DNA from: Octopus sinensis
Lineage: Eukaryota
DNA length: 22,496 nucleotides
Assembly (NCBI RefSeq): GCF_006345805.1
Contig: NW_021836919.1
Location: 1 to 22,496, forward strand
Direction of reading: 5' to 3'
This document shows, piece by piece, positions 1-11,962 of the stretch (the first letter of the stretch is position 1; the number at the start of each line of letters is the position of its first letter). A program made the position numbers and the translations under genes. The notes beneath the pieces were generated by a model. The model was not told the DNA's origin, did not search any database, and worked only from the letters and a program-made list of their open reading frames with translations.

Positions 1-141
1 GTTTTAATAACACGATTGTTGCTCTTCCAGGGCAAGATTACAAACACAACAGCGGAGACAGCTCACGTGCCAATATTGGTCGTCTACTTTCAAGAGGAAT
101 TTCTCTCGAATGATCTCGTTGCACCCCCCACAGCGCTTGCC
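1..141 (-). CDS. Awh: Internal coding exon, first LIM domain of a LIM-homeobox transcription factor (Arrowhead/Lhx6/8-like); runs off the window edge; in-frame TAA at 6-4
   Basis: Minus strand from 141, phase 0: GKRCGGCNEIIREKFLLKVDDQYWHVSCLRCCVCNLALEEQQSCY*. This is C-x2-C-x17-H-x2-C-x2-C-x2-C, the LIM zinc-finger pattern. LLKV, WHVxCLxCxVC and QQSC[FY]IK fit Awh/Lhx6/Lhx8 better than Lhx1/5, Lhx2/9, Lhx3/4, Isl or Lmx as I recall them. A strong acceptor precedes it. Orthology is by eye, and no homeodomain lies in the window. Confidence 0.88.
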
Positions 142-182
142 CTGTAATAAGGAAAATGAAAAAGAAAATATAGCAATATTAG
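142..182 (-). other. 3' splice site: branch point, polypyrimidine tract and AG
   Basis: Minus strand reads ...cCTAATattgctatattttctttttcattttccttattaCAG|GGC. CTAAT is at 182-178, about 37 nt upstream of the AG at 143-142. Confidence 0.88.
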
Positions 183-413
183 GATAAAAATATCATTTTA
201 GAATTACTTAGAAAGCTTCATATTGTGAAGGAACTAAATTAGTTTTGTATTATGAATGCTGACTTAAAGAATCTCAATTGTATATTGGAACCGTCAAATT
301 CTTCAAAATAATGAACTTTGTACTGATTTAAAGCTTTTGATGCGAAGATGTTGGTAGACTGCAGAATCATAATCAGAAAAATAAAGATGCATTTGGATTT
401 GTAATAATGATAC

Positions 414-718
414 GTATGCATGTAAGCACGTATTTTCTCAAGTATGTAATGTATGTATGTATGTGTGTATGTATGCATGTATGTAACTATGTATGTTTGT
501 ATATATGTATGTATGTATGATCTGTAGATAAAGAGAAAGATATATAATTTACAATCTTATTGATCTATGTATGTACTTGAAAAAATAAAGAATGCTGAAT
601 ATGTACACATACGTATGTATGTATGTATGTATGTATGTATGTATGTATGTATGTATGTATGTATGTATGTATGTATGTATGTATGTATGTATGCATGTAT
701 GTATGTATATATATATAT
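414..718. repeat. (TATG)n microsatellite array ending in (TA)n
   Basis: Direct tetranucleotide repeats, near perfect at 613-700. Confidence 0.97.
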
Positions 719-1851
719 TGTTACGGTTGGCATTTCGGGTTTAATTAGTGTAGTGTTTCTGTTGACCCACATAGGAATAATGGCACCATCATGTCTGGTG
801 AAAATGTACAGTTTCTTGTTTAATGGGTTTTGGAAGGACCTTTGCCTTGTGCCGGTCGAGAAAGGGTCGTGAAGAAGTGAAGAGGAAGACAGATTAAGGA
901 ATCTGAGAGCAGATAGAGATAGAGTATAAGCAGTAGGGGACGGATGGAGAGGCTAAGAGACAGCATGCGATATAGATAGAGTAAGGAATCAGATAGCAAA
1001 TAGAAAGCTAAGAGACAGCAGGCGATATAGATAGGGTATAAGGACCAGGGCAGTTAGAAAGGGTAAGAGCGATATAGACAGAGGGAGAGTGGGGGAGTGG
1101 AAGAAGGACAGAGACGAAGTGAGTTCTGGTAGTTCGCATTGGTCGTCAAGAAGGGCAGTCGCTGGCCGGTCCTCGAAGAAGACAGACGGACCTTGGATTT
1201 AAGGAGCAAGCGTTGGAATTCTTAGGAGCAAGCAGCAGTTGGATGCAGAAAGCGTGGCGCCACAGAAGGGAATTAGCAGTATTCAGAGGAATTAGCAGTA
1301 TTGAGAGGAATGGGACACTGGCGATTCAATTAGGAATTGAGGTATGTGTTTGTGCATTGATACGTGTCACGATGTATTGAACAGTAAAAAAGAACAGTCA
1401 AGGACTCTGTCGATATGTCGATTATCGAGTTGTGGTATTTATGTTCAGAATTGAGTAAAGGACTTGTTGATGTGACTTTATCTGTGATGTTCAGAAAGAG
1501 ACTTTAAAGAACTGTTGTCTTCGGACGTGTACTCTTGAAATGCTGTTGTATTATGCGTTGATCTGTTGTATGATGTATTGAGTAGTCACGTGCATGTCTT
1601 CCTTTAGATGTCTGCCTTAAATGTATTTGATGTGTAGCAATTGTAATTGTCGTATAAACTGTTGTTTGAATATAAGCCAGTGTTGCCAGTTGTTGCCGTG
1701 CCTCTTTGGGTTGTATCTCGGGTGTGCTCTGTATCTCTGTGCTGTTGAGGTGTGGCAGTATCTATCTGTATCTCCTCTCTCCGCCCCTTGGGTTCCGTGC
1801 GGAACTTGTGTGAGCCGTTCGGGACGGGCGACGACGGGTGATTCCGTAACA
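719..1851. mobile_element. Solo LTR (Gypsy-like termini), 1133 bp
   Basis: Begins TGTTACGG (719) and ends CCGTAACA (1851): TG...CA ends with a perfect 8-bp terminal inverted repeat. Flanked by ATAT (715-718 and 1852-1855) within a TA tract. No PBS, PPT or gag/pol sequence adjoins either end. Composition differs sharply from the flanks. Orientation is not established; + is slightly favoured. Confidence 0.8.
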
Positions 1852-2699
1852 ATATATATAGGAGTTCAAGTAGCGGGATTGAACTTCATGAATTATGACA
1901 CTTCCCAGGGTTTATACGAATAAATATTGTATCTGAGTTAGTGTGTGCATATATGTAGCTGTATGCATCTGCAGTTGTGTTCTGTTTGAACACGTTGCAT
2001 TAGCCACTTGAGGATATACACGCACACTCATGTGTATGCACTGGCTGTGTCTTCACCTCTTTTTCTGTTTATCCAGCAAGTGGATATAACTCTGATTTAT
2101 TGCTTTTATGCCCTTTGGTTAGTAAATACTAACTAAGGTTAATCATGTAGATTCTGCAATGTGTGGAGGCCTGAGCAAGACAATTTTTTCTGGAAAATTG
2201 GCAGCAGCGCATGCATTAGTTAGAGTGGCGCCTATAATGCTAGAAAGATACTTTTCCCATTGCTGGTATATTTGTAATTAATTGATAACTAAACTGTATT
2301 ATTGTTATTAATAATATATATTTATTGTTAATACACAAATGAGAAATGTGTTTTAATATATTTAATTTTATTTCAACAAATATATTCGTCTTGAAATTAA
2401 TATTCATTTCATTATTTTGAATAAGCATCAAAGAACTATGTATATCAATTTGCATATCTCTTCATTTGAAGCAGAAAATACATGAGGGAGCTAAAGTTAC
2501 GTGTGAAAACACGCCAAACTGGCATCAAAATGTCTGGAAGTTGTATTTACAGGTTTGGTTTAGAAATCGATAGAATGTTCTAAGAAGTGCCATGAATGTT
2601 ACATGATGACAGCAAATAATTTTGAAAACTAACGTAAAATCGGGCTGATGTACATGTGATGTGAAATCGCATGGAATTTTGAATACGTGGAATGTTCAC

Positions 2700-3347
<648 letters not shown>

Positions 3348-3754
3348 ATATTTAAGAAGTACTTATATATACACATTGTAAATACAGGAAAACCTGGTAA
3401 AATATCCACATAAACTCACATACACACTCATGCAATTATGTACACAGATTTATATATTTCATATCGATACATACGTGCATGCAGTAGCTTCTACTTGCCC
3501 ACAAGTTCTTACAAATGCGTACACACAAGTGCACACAAATACAGGAAGTCATACACACACCCACATTCAAAAATATGCACTTACATATATGTCTAACTGC
3601 GGGCTTACATACATTCATACGTACATACACGCACACGCATGGAACTGCTCATAACTGTACAAACTAATATATATAAATATATTTTTAAAAGCACATATAT
3701 ATAGAATAACATAAAGAAATCCATAAAAACTTTAAACACGAGATATCGAATGAA

Positions 3755-3756
3755 AT

Positions 3757-3793
<37 letters not shown>

Positions 3794-4087
3794 AGTAAAG
3801 CATTGGAATGGACAGCTGAAAAGTAAAGGTGTGCGTGCATGCATATGTAAGCTTTCATATTTGTAAGTGTGTGTAAATATGTTTGTGTAAAATTATGTCT
3901 TTGTGTAAAATCGGAAGTATACACGCATACACAGTAGGAAATAAATGCATGCACTTAGTTTTACATACACATACATATATATACACTTGTATACATGCGC
4001 ATATATATATACACATTTAAGCACGCACATACATGTACATATGAAAATACAAACATATATACATATATATGTATATGTATATATGTA

Positions 4088-4160
<73 letters not shown>

Positions 4161-4555
4161 TATATAGACAATATATATGTATATATTATGTATAAATATA
4201 AATACACACATGTGTGTCTATAAAATGGGTATTTATGCGCATGTATATATCCGTGTGTGTGTGTGCGTGCGTGTGCGTTTATGTGCCTGTTTATGTATAC
4301 ATTATGTCACGAGATTTCACATCACAAATGGATAAACAAAGTTAAATGAATTTTCAAATTTTTTGCCGCCCTCACGTGACATTAACGGTATTTCATAGAA
4401 CTTTGCATCGTTTTCTAACTAAACTTATAAATGCCATTCTGAGAGGTTTTGATGCCGGCTTGATGAGAGTTTTCACACAAAACAATAGTTCATTTAATAA
4501 TCATACATACATACAAAGATACGTATATACATACATACATACATACATACATACA

Positions 4556-4589
<34 letters not shown>

Positions 4590-4700
4590 CAAAGATATGC
4601 ACATACATACAAACATACATACATGCATACATAATACATACATGCATATGTATATACATTCATACACACACAGACACACGCATATGAATATATAAATACA
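3755..4700. repeat. (TA)n, TA/CA-rich and (CATA)n microsatellite blocks with short unique spacers
   Basis: (TA)n at about 3755-3792 and 4088-4155; (CATA)n at about 4502-4625. Confidence 0.93.
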
Positions 4701-5394
4701 CATTGATTGAAATACATATACATATGTTTCAGTGTGTATTGTATGTTTGCGTGTGTGTATGTATGCAAGTATGTATCTATGCCTTTTATGGTTCTTTATA
4801 TTCTATGGAAAGAGTCTGCGCCTGCATAATAAAGTCACAGAGCCAAAAATTTGCCCAAGTGGTAAATGTACTCGTACTGCTTTATAAGTAAAAAGGCTTT
4901 ACTCTTTCTGGATATATTTGGTACGTATGAAGCAGATAAGATATGTATTATGTATTACTTAACTGCCAGTACCAAGTGAAATTTGAAAGAAAAACGTGCA
5001 CTTCTGCAACTGATATCATAAAAGATTAATTTATTTTATTTTCCCTTCTCTGGCAGCACGACTAAATCCTTTTTAAAATTATGGAAACCGGTAGTATATT
5101 TTGATAGAAATGTAATTATTTCTTTCTATTGTTCATGTTAGTGTTCTCAAACCATTTTTTATTTTTTAATGTGTGTGTATGTGTGTGTGTGCACGTGTAT
5201 AGATAAAGATTTTGAACATGCTAATACAATATATTGATATACATGTGTGCACCTACATGCGCACACAGGCACACTCATATTCTTAACAGGTTTAAATTTA
5301 TCACCCCTATATAATCGACTCTTTATCGATATTATTATGCACACGTTATATCTTTTGTCCAGAGGAACAACATCGAAACATTGTTACGTTGTTT

Positions 5395-5578
5395 ACTGTC
5401 GTTTACCATGAGTGAACCCTGTTTTAGGAAATCTATTACGAAAGATATTCCAACCGTAACCATTTCATCTCTTTTGGTTAGTTATCTTATATAATTTCCT
5501 ATTTTAATCAGTAGATTATGACTTGAAAGACGCTTTCCTTTTTATCTACCAGGTTAAGCAACCACGTAGAGGTTCTTT
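5395..5578 (+). repeat. Old ~190-bp interspersed repeat, copy 1 (class unknown)
   Basis: Collinear degenerate similarity to 11963-12147 and 12180-12305. Shared blocks: aaccct, ctat..aaag...ttcca, ttatataat, and caaccacgtagaggttc vs caactacgtggaagttc. Resembles a repeat I recall from octopus DNA. Confidence 0.5.
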
Positions 5579-6160
5579 CGATGGGTACTGAGCGATGAGA
5601 AACTGTGCAGAACTCTGCTGGAATGATTGTAGCTGTTGATGAATAGCAGACTTAAAGGTCACCTTGTTTAACACCACTAATTGGCTCTTAGTTGACTGTA
5701 ACCGAAACCCAGCTGTTGCATATATTTGGATCTAGTCTCTATTCTGAGGATACCTTGATATTATAATACATTGATTCTTGCTGCAGTAACTCATGAGTTA
5801 TGATTTCTTCCAATCCTTGCCATTATTAAGTATTGGAGACCCTTCAAAGGGATCATTGACACTGCTTCTTTTCATCATTTGTAAAAGATAGTAAAATTCA
5901 AGATGTATTAGGTTAATATAGTGTTTACTTGCTCTTTTTTCTTTTATCAGTAAAAGAATAATAAAGGGCTCTGGAGGTCGGTGAAAAGTTGGTAGAATAA
6001 AGGTACTTAGATAATATTTGGAGTTTGTTTCAGGAATTTATAAGTATAAGAACAGTGACTTACTGTCTGAGTTAGTTCTCAGTCAACAACTTAAGTATCC
6101 ACATACCTATCTACCTTCATACCTACAAACCTACGTGCTTGTTTCCATATCTATCTAGCC

Positions 6161-6199
6161 ATGTATGTATGTATGTATGAATGTATGTATGTATGTATG

Positions 6200-6233
<34 letters not shown>

Positions 6234-6275
6234 TGTATGTATGTATGTATGTATGTACGTACGTATGTATGTATG

Positions 6276-6345
<70 letters not shown>

Positions 6346-6420
6346 TTATCTGTCTGTCTGTCTCTCCGTCTGTCTGTCACGCTCTCCCTCTCCCTATATA
6401 TATATACACACACACACATT

Positions 6421-6471
<51 letters not shown>

Positions 6472-6480
6472 TATATGTAT
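6161..6480. repeat. Compound microsatellite (TATG)n-(TATC)n-(TGTC)-(TC)-(TA)-(CA)n
   Basis: Direct repeats. Confidence 0.97.
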
Positions 6481-6630
6481 ATATATTTCTATTAGTTATC
6501 TGTTTGGTTAATATCTTGTTAATCATCTTTCAAAAACCTATTTGTAATAAGGCCAAAATATTCAATTTATTTGGTGAAAACAAAGTAAACCAAAAAATGA
6601 CGAATGTAAAGGAAAGAAACAGAAGAATGT

Positions 6631-6631
<1 letters not shown>

Positions 6632-6667
<36 letters not shown>

Positions 6668-6810
6668 TGATGATAATAATAATAATAATAAGATGATGAT
6701 GATGATGAAGAAGGAGAAGAAGAAGAAAGAAGAAGAAGAAGAAGAAGAAGAAGAAGAAGAAGAAGAAGAAGAAGAAGAAAAGAAGAAGAAGAAGAAGAAG
6801 AAGAAGAAGA
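6632..6810. repeat. Compound trinucleotide repeat (AAT)n-(GAT)n-(GAA)n
   Basis: Direct repeats; source of the poly-N/M/E/K pseudo-ORF. Confidence 0.97.
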
Positions 6811-7146
6811 GTATTAACAGTATTAACAATATCAATATTTTGATTGTACTAAGCAATTAAAAGTCTGCATTAAATTTCACTTCACACACACACACACACA
6901 CACACAACACGTATATATACAGAATTAATGATTTTATGGTAGTAAATATCCGCCATATTTCATAACAAACGATAAGAACAAAAGTATTAAGATTTAATCT
7001 AATATTTTTGCCTATTTTCCTTTTTCTTCTTCAAATTTAAAGTAAGACGTAAAAAAGGAAAAAGAAAAGCGATTGCCCTATAATATATAAGAGTAACAAC
7101 AAACGAAAACAAGATCAACGATCGCAAGAAGAACAACACCAGCAGT

Positions 7147-7177
<31 letters not shown>

Positions 7178-7533
7178 ACAAAAACTAACAATTACTATAA
7201 AGCTTCAGAAACAATGACAAGAATAACAACTACATCTATGTAAATGAACAGAAAGCAAACAACGACTGAGAATGATTGCGTATTATTACTGTAAACGATG
7301 TGTTGAAATATCGTAGGAAGAAGACCAAAAAAGAGGTATATATAAAAAAAAGAGAAAATTAAAGCTATATATAAAGAGCATTTGGTATTTTAACAAATAT
7401 AAATAAAACACAAAATACATGAATTAGCAAGAAAAAAATCTAAACAAATCTAAACAAAAATAAAATAATCAGAATAATTAATATATCTCGTTGATATAAG
7501 TTAAGTGTAACACGAAAATTACTCCGCAGCCCG

Positions 7534-7757
7534 ATATATATATATATATATAAATATATATATATATGTATATATTTACAGATATGTGTATTATATAATA
7601 TATATATATATATATATATACATATATATGTATATATGTATATATATATATGTACACATATATGTATACATATACATATATATATGTATACATATATACA
7701 TGCCATATACGTACATATATATATATATATATACATATTATATATAATGCATATATA

Positions 7758-7818
<61 letters not shown>

Positions 7819-8096
7819 CTATATATATATATATACACATCAGTATAAACATAGGTGTGTCTCTAAGAAGTGTTCAGAAAACAATGCCAGATAATAATAT
7901 AATAATATTGTTGCTTTTTGTTTATTGAAACTAATTACCTATTGCAATCGATTTGTTGCAATTATAGCTTTAATAATGAATTTGTCTCATCCAGATAATG
8001 GTAGAGTTAAGGAGAAGAGAAGAGGAAATATAGATAAGATTAAGACAATGTAGTGTCATATAACAAATAATTAAATCATGTTCTCTCCCTCTCTCG

Positions 8097-8150
<54 letters not shown>

Positions 8151-8255
8151 CGTGTATGTGTTTATATATGTATGTATATATCTTTTTTTTATGTATATGT
8201 AGATATGTCGGATAATATTGTTATGTAGGCTATATATATATATATATATATATCC
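7534..8255. repeat. (TA)n and TA/TG-rich microsatellite blocks
   Basis: Arrays at about 7534-7840, 8098-8146 and 8231-8253. Confidence 0.93.
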
Positions 8256-8537
8256 TTGTGCTAATATTATAAAGTGTTCTCTCTATTTTATGTCCTTACA
8301 TATTTCCGTCCAATACATACGTTTAATGCTTTCTTTTGTTACTTTTTAGATTTTAAGGTACATGTTATTGTCTAGTGTTTAATATTGAGAAAATATCAAC
8401 TTGAACGATAGACTATTAAACATACTTAGATGCACAGTTCATATACCCTTAGATACTAACATACAGACACCACGAATACTCATACATATACACACAAGCA
8501 CGAGCATGCACACAATACACACATATATATGTATATA

Positions 8538-9089
8538 CAGAGTTATTAATAAAGAATGAGCCGATTTCGTTACGCAATATTTTAATAAGGAAAAGTAATA
8601 GAAGACTCCAGCTAAGACACAAGTATTTACTTACAATCAACTTTTATTTCCTGTCTCACAAGTGTTCAATATGGCCAACCACCTGCAGCATGGCAACATC
8701 AATGCGATAAGAGAATTCCACCCAGACGCGTATCAGCATATTATGATCTCTGAATTGATCGCTATTGTTATTCGATGTTTAAAATCACCGAGGTTAGCGG
8801 ATAGCGGTGGAACATAAACACGATCTTTTACATATCCCCACAAGAAAAAAAATCACACAACAGCGATCAACTCAGTGTATCGTGATATGCTGATACGTGT
8901 CTGGGAGGAATTCTCTTATTGCATTGATGTTACCCGTGCTGCAGGTGGTGGCAACATTGAGCACTTGTAAGACAGAAGTTGATTGTGAGTAAATACATGT
9001 GACTTAGCTGGAGTTTTCTATTACTTGTCCTTATTAAAATATTAAAATATTGCGTAAAGAAATCGATTTATTAATTTTGAATGACCTTA
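8538..9089. mobile_element. Fold-back non-autonomous Tc1/mariner element (DD41D rosa/Visitor- or DD37D maT-like) built from two inverted transposase 3' ends
   Basis: Arms about 8538-8772 and 8851-9089 are inverted copies (roughly 85-90% identical in the core by hand alignment). TA flanks both ends (8536-37, 9090-91). The + arm encodes TTAINSVYRDMLIRVWEEFSYCIDVTRAAGGGNIEHL*. The minus strand from 8850 encodes FFLWGYVKDRVYVPPLSANLGDFKHRITIAINS..., the segment that follows the last catalytic Asp. Confidence 0.9.
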
Positions 9090-9319
9090 TATATATTGTC
9101 ATATATAGAGACATACACCAACACACACACACCTACTCACATACACATACTCATACATATATATATATATATTATGTGTGTGTGTGTGTGTGTGGTGTGT
9201 ATGCATGTATGTATATATATAAACGTACATACACGTACTGCATATGCATCATACAAGTTTTCTAAATATTGATTTCCACCATTGAAACAATGTCACAAAT
9301 TTTGAGCGCAGAGGTTACA

Positions 9320-9356
9320 AAGTGGATTATATCGACCCCAGTACATCACTTATTTC
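9320..9356 (-). mobile_element. Short SINE core fragment
   Basis: gattatatcgaccccagtac...acttatt matches the core seen at 20833-20880 and 21055-21095. Confidence 0.45.
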
Positions 9357-10159
9357 ATTAAAGATGGAAGAAAGAAATTAGAAAATAGTTTCTTGTTGAA
9401 TCTAAGCTCACAAATTCCCAATATCAAGAACATAAACACCACTTCTTGGTATAACTTATGCAAAAATAAAACGATAAAATCTCCACTTTGAAAATAATAA
9501 TATTTCTAATCAAACCACAAACATACTTCAAAAACTAATATGTTACAAGATTGAGGATGTTGATATAGTTTGAAAATGTTTTGAAGAAAATAGAACTACG
9601 TTGTTTCATCAACTTGCTTGCGTGTATGACCGTTGCTAACATGATGAGATAACCTAATTTAATAATACGGGAAATAACACCATTCAGAAATTATATTCGA
9701 AGCTTTATGTTGAAGACTAACATATGCAAGAGGCGGATAAGTTACTAACATCAACTTAAATGCTGGAATAAGAAATATACATAGAAGCTGGTATCGTACA
9801 TAGTTTATCAAAGACTAAACGAGCCATTAAATGGAGGTGAGCAGAAAGCACTTAGTTTTAGTCAGTTAAACCACACCAGAAATTACCATTGAAATTGATC
9901 GAAGCAAAACTCAGAGTATCAAGTAAAATGCATTAAACTTTGGGAATGGGAGCAAGTTATACAATAAATTTCCTTTAAATTTACCTACGACATTAAGCAA
10001 TAAACAAAAGATACGACAGAAAGGGAAAGGAAAATGAAAAGACTTGTATGGTGTGGTCTTTAACCTACAAGATTAGCTTCAAAATCCATTATCTTTTCAT
10101 TCTTCTCTGTCGTCTCATACACTTTTATACAAATATACGCACTCTTACACGTAAACACA

Positions 10160-10164
10160 CACAG

Positions 10165-10200
<36 letters not shown>

Positions 10201-10420
10201 CACACATACATACACAAAATTTTACTCGTGTGTATGTGTATATATATATATATATATACATGTGCGTATGTGTGCGTGTGTGTGTTTGTGCGTATGTGTA
10301 TGAATAGCTGTATGTGTGTGCTTATGTATGTATAACTAGGACTATGTATATGTGTGTGTGAGAGAGAAAAGATGAGAGAAAGTGTGCGTGTGTGTGTGTT
10401 TGTTTATGTGTGTATGTGTG
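10160..10420. repeat. (CA)n/(TA)n/(TG)n microsatellite block
   Basis: Direct repeats. Confidence 0.93.
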
Positions 10421-10691
10421 TATGAAATCTTTTTACTGAAACCACTTAAATTGATCTGATCTATGGAATTCACTTATAGCAAATTAGCGGCTTAGAACAC
10501 AATTCTTAAATTCTAAGTAGTTTAAATTTAAAATGGCGTCTAATAGAAAATGAAGAATAAAGTATAAAAAAAAAATACGTGGATTCTTTCTAAAAATGAA
10601 TATTCTGTAGTTTGTTATTTAAAATGATATACCAAAGTTGGATTTTTCAGCCATTATTAAAAACATCGAAGTTGTTTATAAAAGTTCACTT

Positions 10692-10732
<41 letters not shown>

Positions 10733-11666
10733 CCTATGCCAATATTTCTTAATATAGCACATTTGGTATTCTGTACTCTTATTGGATTTCCTGTATCGTG
10801 AACAAAAGATGAGGAATTTCCTCTGAGAAATAACGTCATCATAATGCGTTGAACACAAGTTCATATCAGACTTGCATTAATATACCTAAGCGATGTATTA
10901 CGTGGGTGGTGAACGACTACACGTTTTGGGTGATGAATATATTCAATTCTTTTACACTCCTTACACTAATATTTGACTTTGTACTATATAGCAATGAAAC
11001 TGAAAATGACAGAAGCTGGACAAATTCCATCAACGATACTGACGTAAGTCCTTCATCAAGCAATCGTAAGTCAATAAATTCTCCCAGGTAGCAAATTCCA
11101 CTCGCTTCAAAACATGATGGTACTGCGTCACCTTCACGAAGCAGGTCAAAGTTCTCATCTGCCGATGTCTCTGTGGCGCAATCGGTTATCATGATCGGCT
11201 GTTAACTGAAAGGTCGGTGGTTCAAGTTTTCACAGGACAAGCTAACTCTACATTTCAGGTTCTATTCCAGATAGATTTGATGTTCTTCACATACCCTATT
11301 TATTTACAATATATGTGTTATTGCGTATTTTGGAAGTTAGATTTTGCTGCAAGGTGGACACCATCACGAGGGCTCACCCATGACGCATTGCTTAGAGACA
11401 AGACATTCAGTTACGATCCAACAACACTTCAAGTGTCACATAATATTTTAATTCCATCCACAAATGTATATCCCAAAATATTCATTACAACTTTCTATCA
11501 ATTTACAACTTTGAACTAATCTGTAACACTGTTGGGACAATCGTAGTTTCGTATCTCGGCAGAGAAGCTGCGCTATATTTTCAGCAAAGAAATTTAACCC
11601 TTAACGGATCATATAACCATTTGTAGTTGCTTCAAACAATCTTCCAAGAACATATTTCTCTTAATA

Positions 11667-11807
11667 TTAGGTTGTCCCAAAAGTTCGTAAACACTTGCGA
11701 AAATTGAATTTTTACTCGCCAAGTACTAACAAAAACAACAAAAATTATTCCTCAAAATAAAGACCATTATTTTCCAAGACTTTCTACGAACTTTTGGGAC
11801 AACCTTA
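11667..11807. mobile_element. Mariner-type MITE, 141 bp
   Basis: TA|TTAGGTTGTCCCAAAAGTTCGTA ... TACGAACTTTTGGGACAACCTTA|TA: 23-bp TIRs with one mismatch, TA duplication (11665-66, 11808-09), and a mariner-style TTAGGTTG terminus. Confidence 0.92.
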
Positions 11808-11962
11808 TATCACTCAGTTATAAAGCATTTCCTCTTTTAGAAAGTTAAACGTAAAAACAAAATTAATCAAATTAAGTTTGATAAAAAAAGATATTTCAGA
11901 TTTTATGACGATGACAATTATGATGATGATGGTGGCAGTTATTATGACAACGATTATTATTC

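Noticed and set aside
16-150. + strand acceptor-like ttgttgctcttccag at 16-30 with a short open frame
   Set aside because: It is the antisense of the LIM exon; the minus-strand reading explains the sequence far better.
5450-5460. 11-bp match (ccaaccgtaac) to the reverse complement of the LTR left end
   Set aside because: It lies inside the ~190-bp repeat copy, with no TG...CA partner or TSD; treated as coincidence.
6057-6063. Strong minus-strand GTAAGT donors at about 6057-6062 and 22026-22031
   Set aside because: The upstream sequence is not coding-like and has no clear acceptor or start; isolated donor hexamers are common.
11594-11605. TTAACCCTT piggyBac-like terminus
   Set aside because: No matching second end or TTAA duplication was found.
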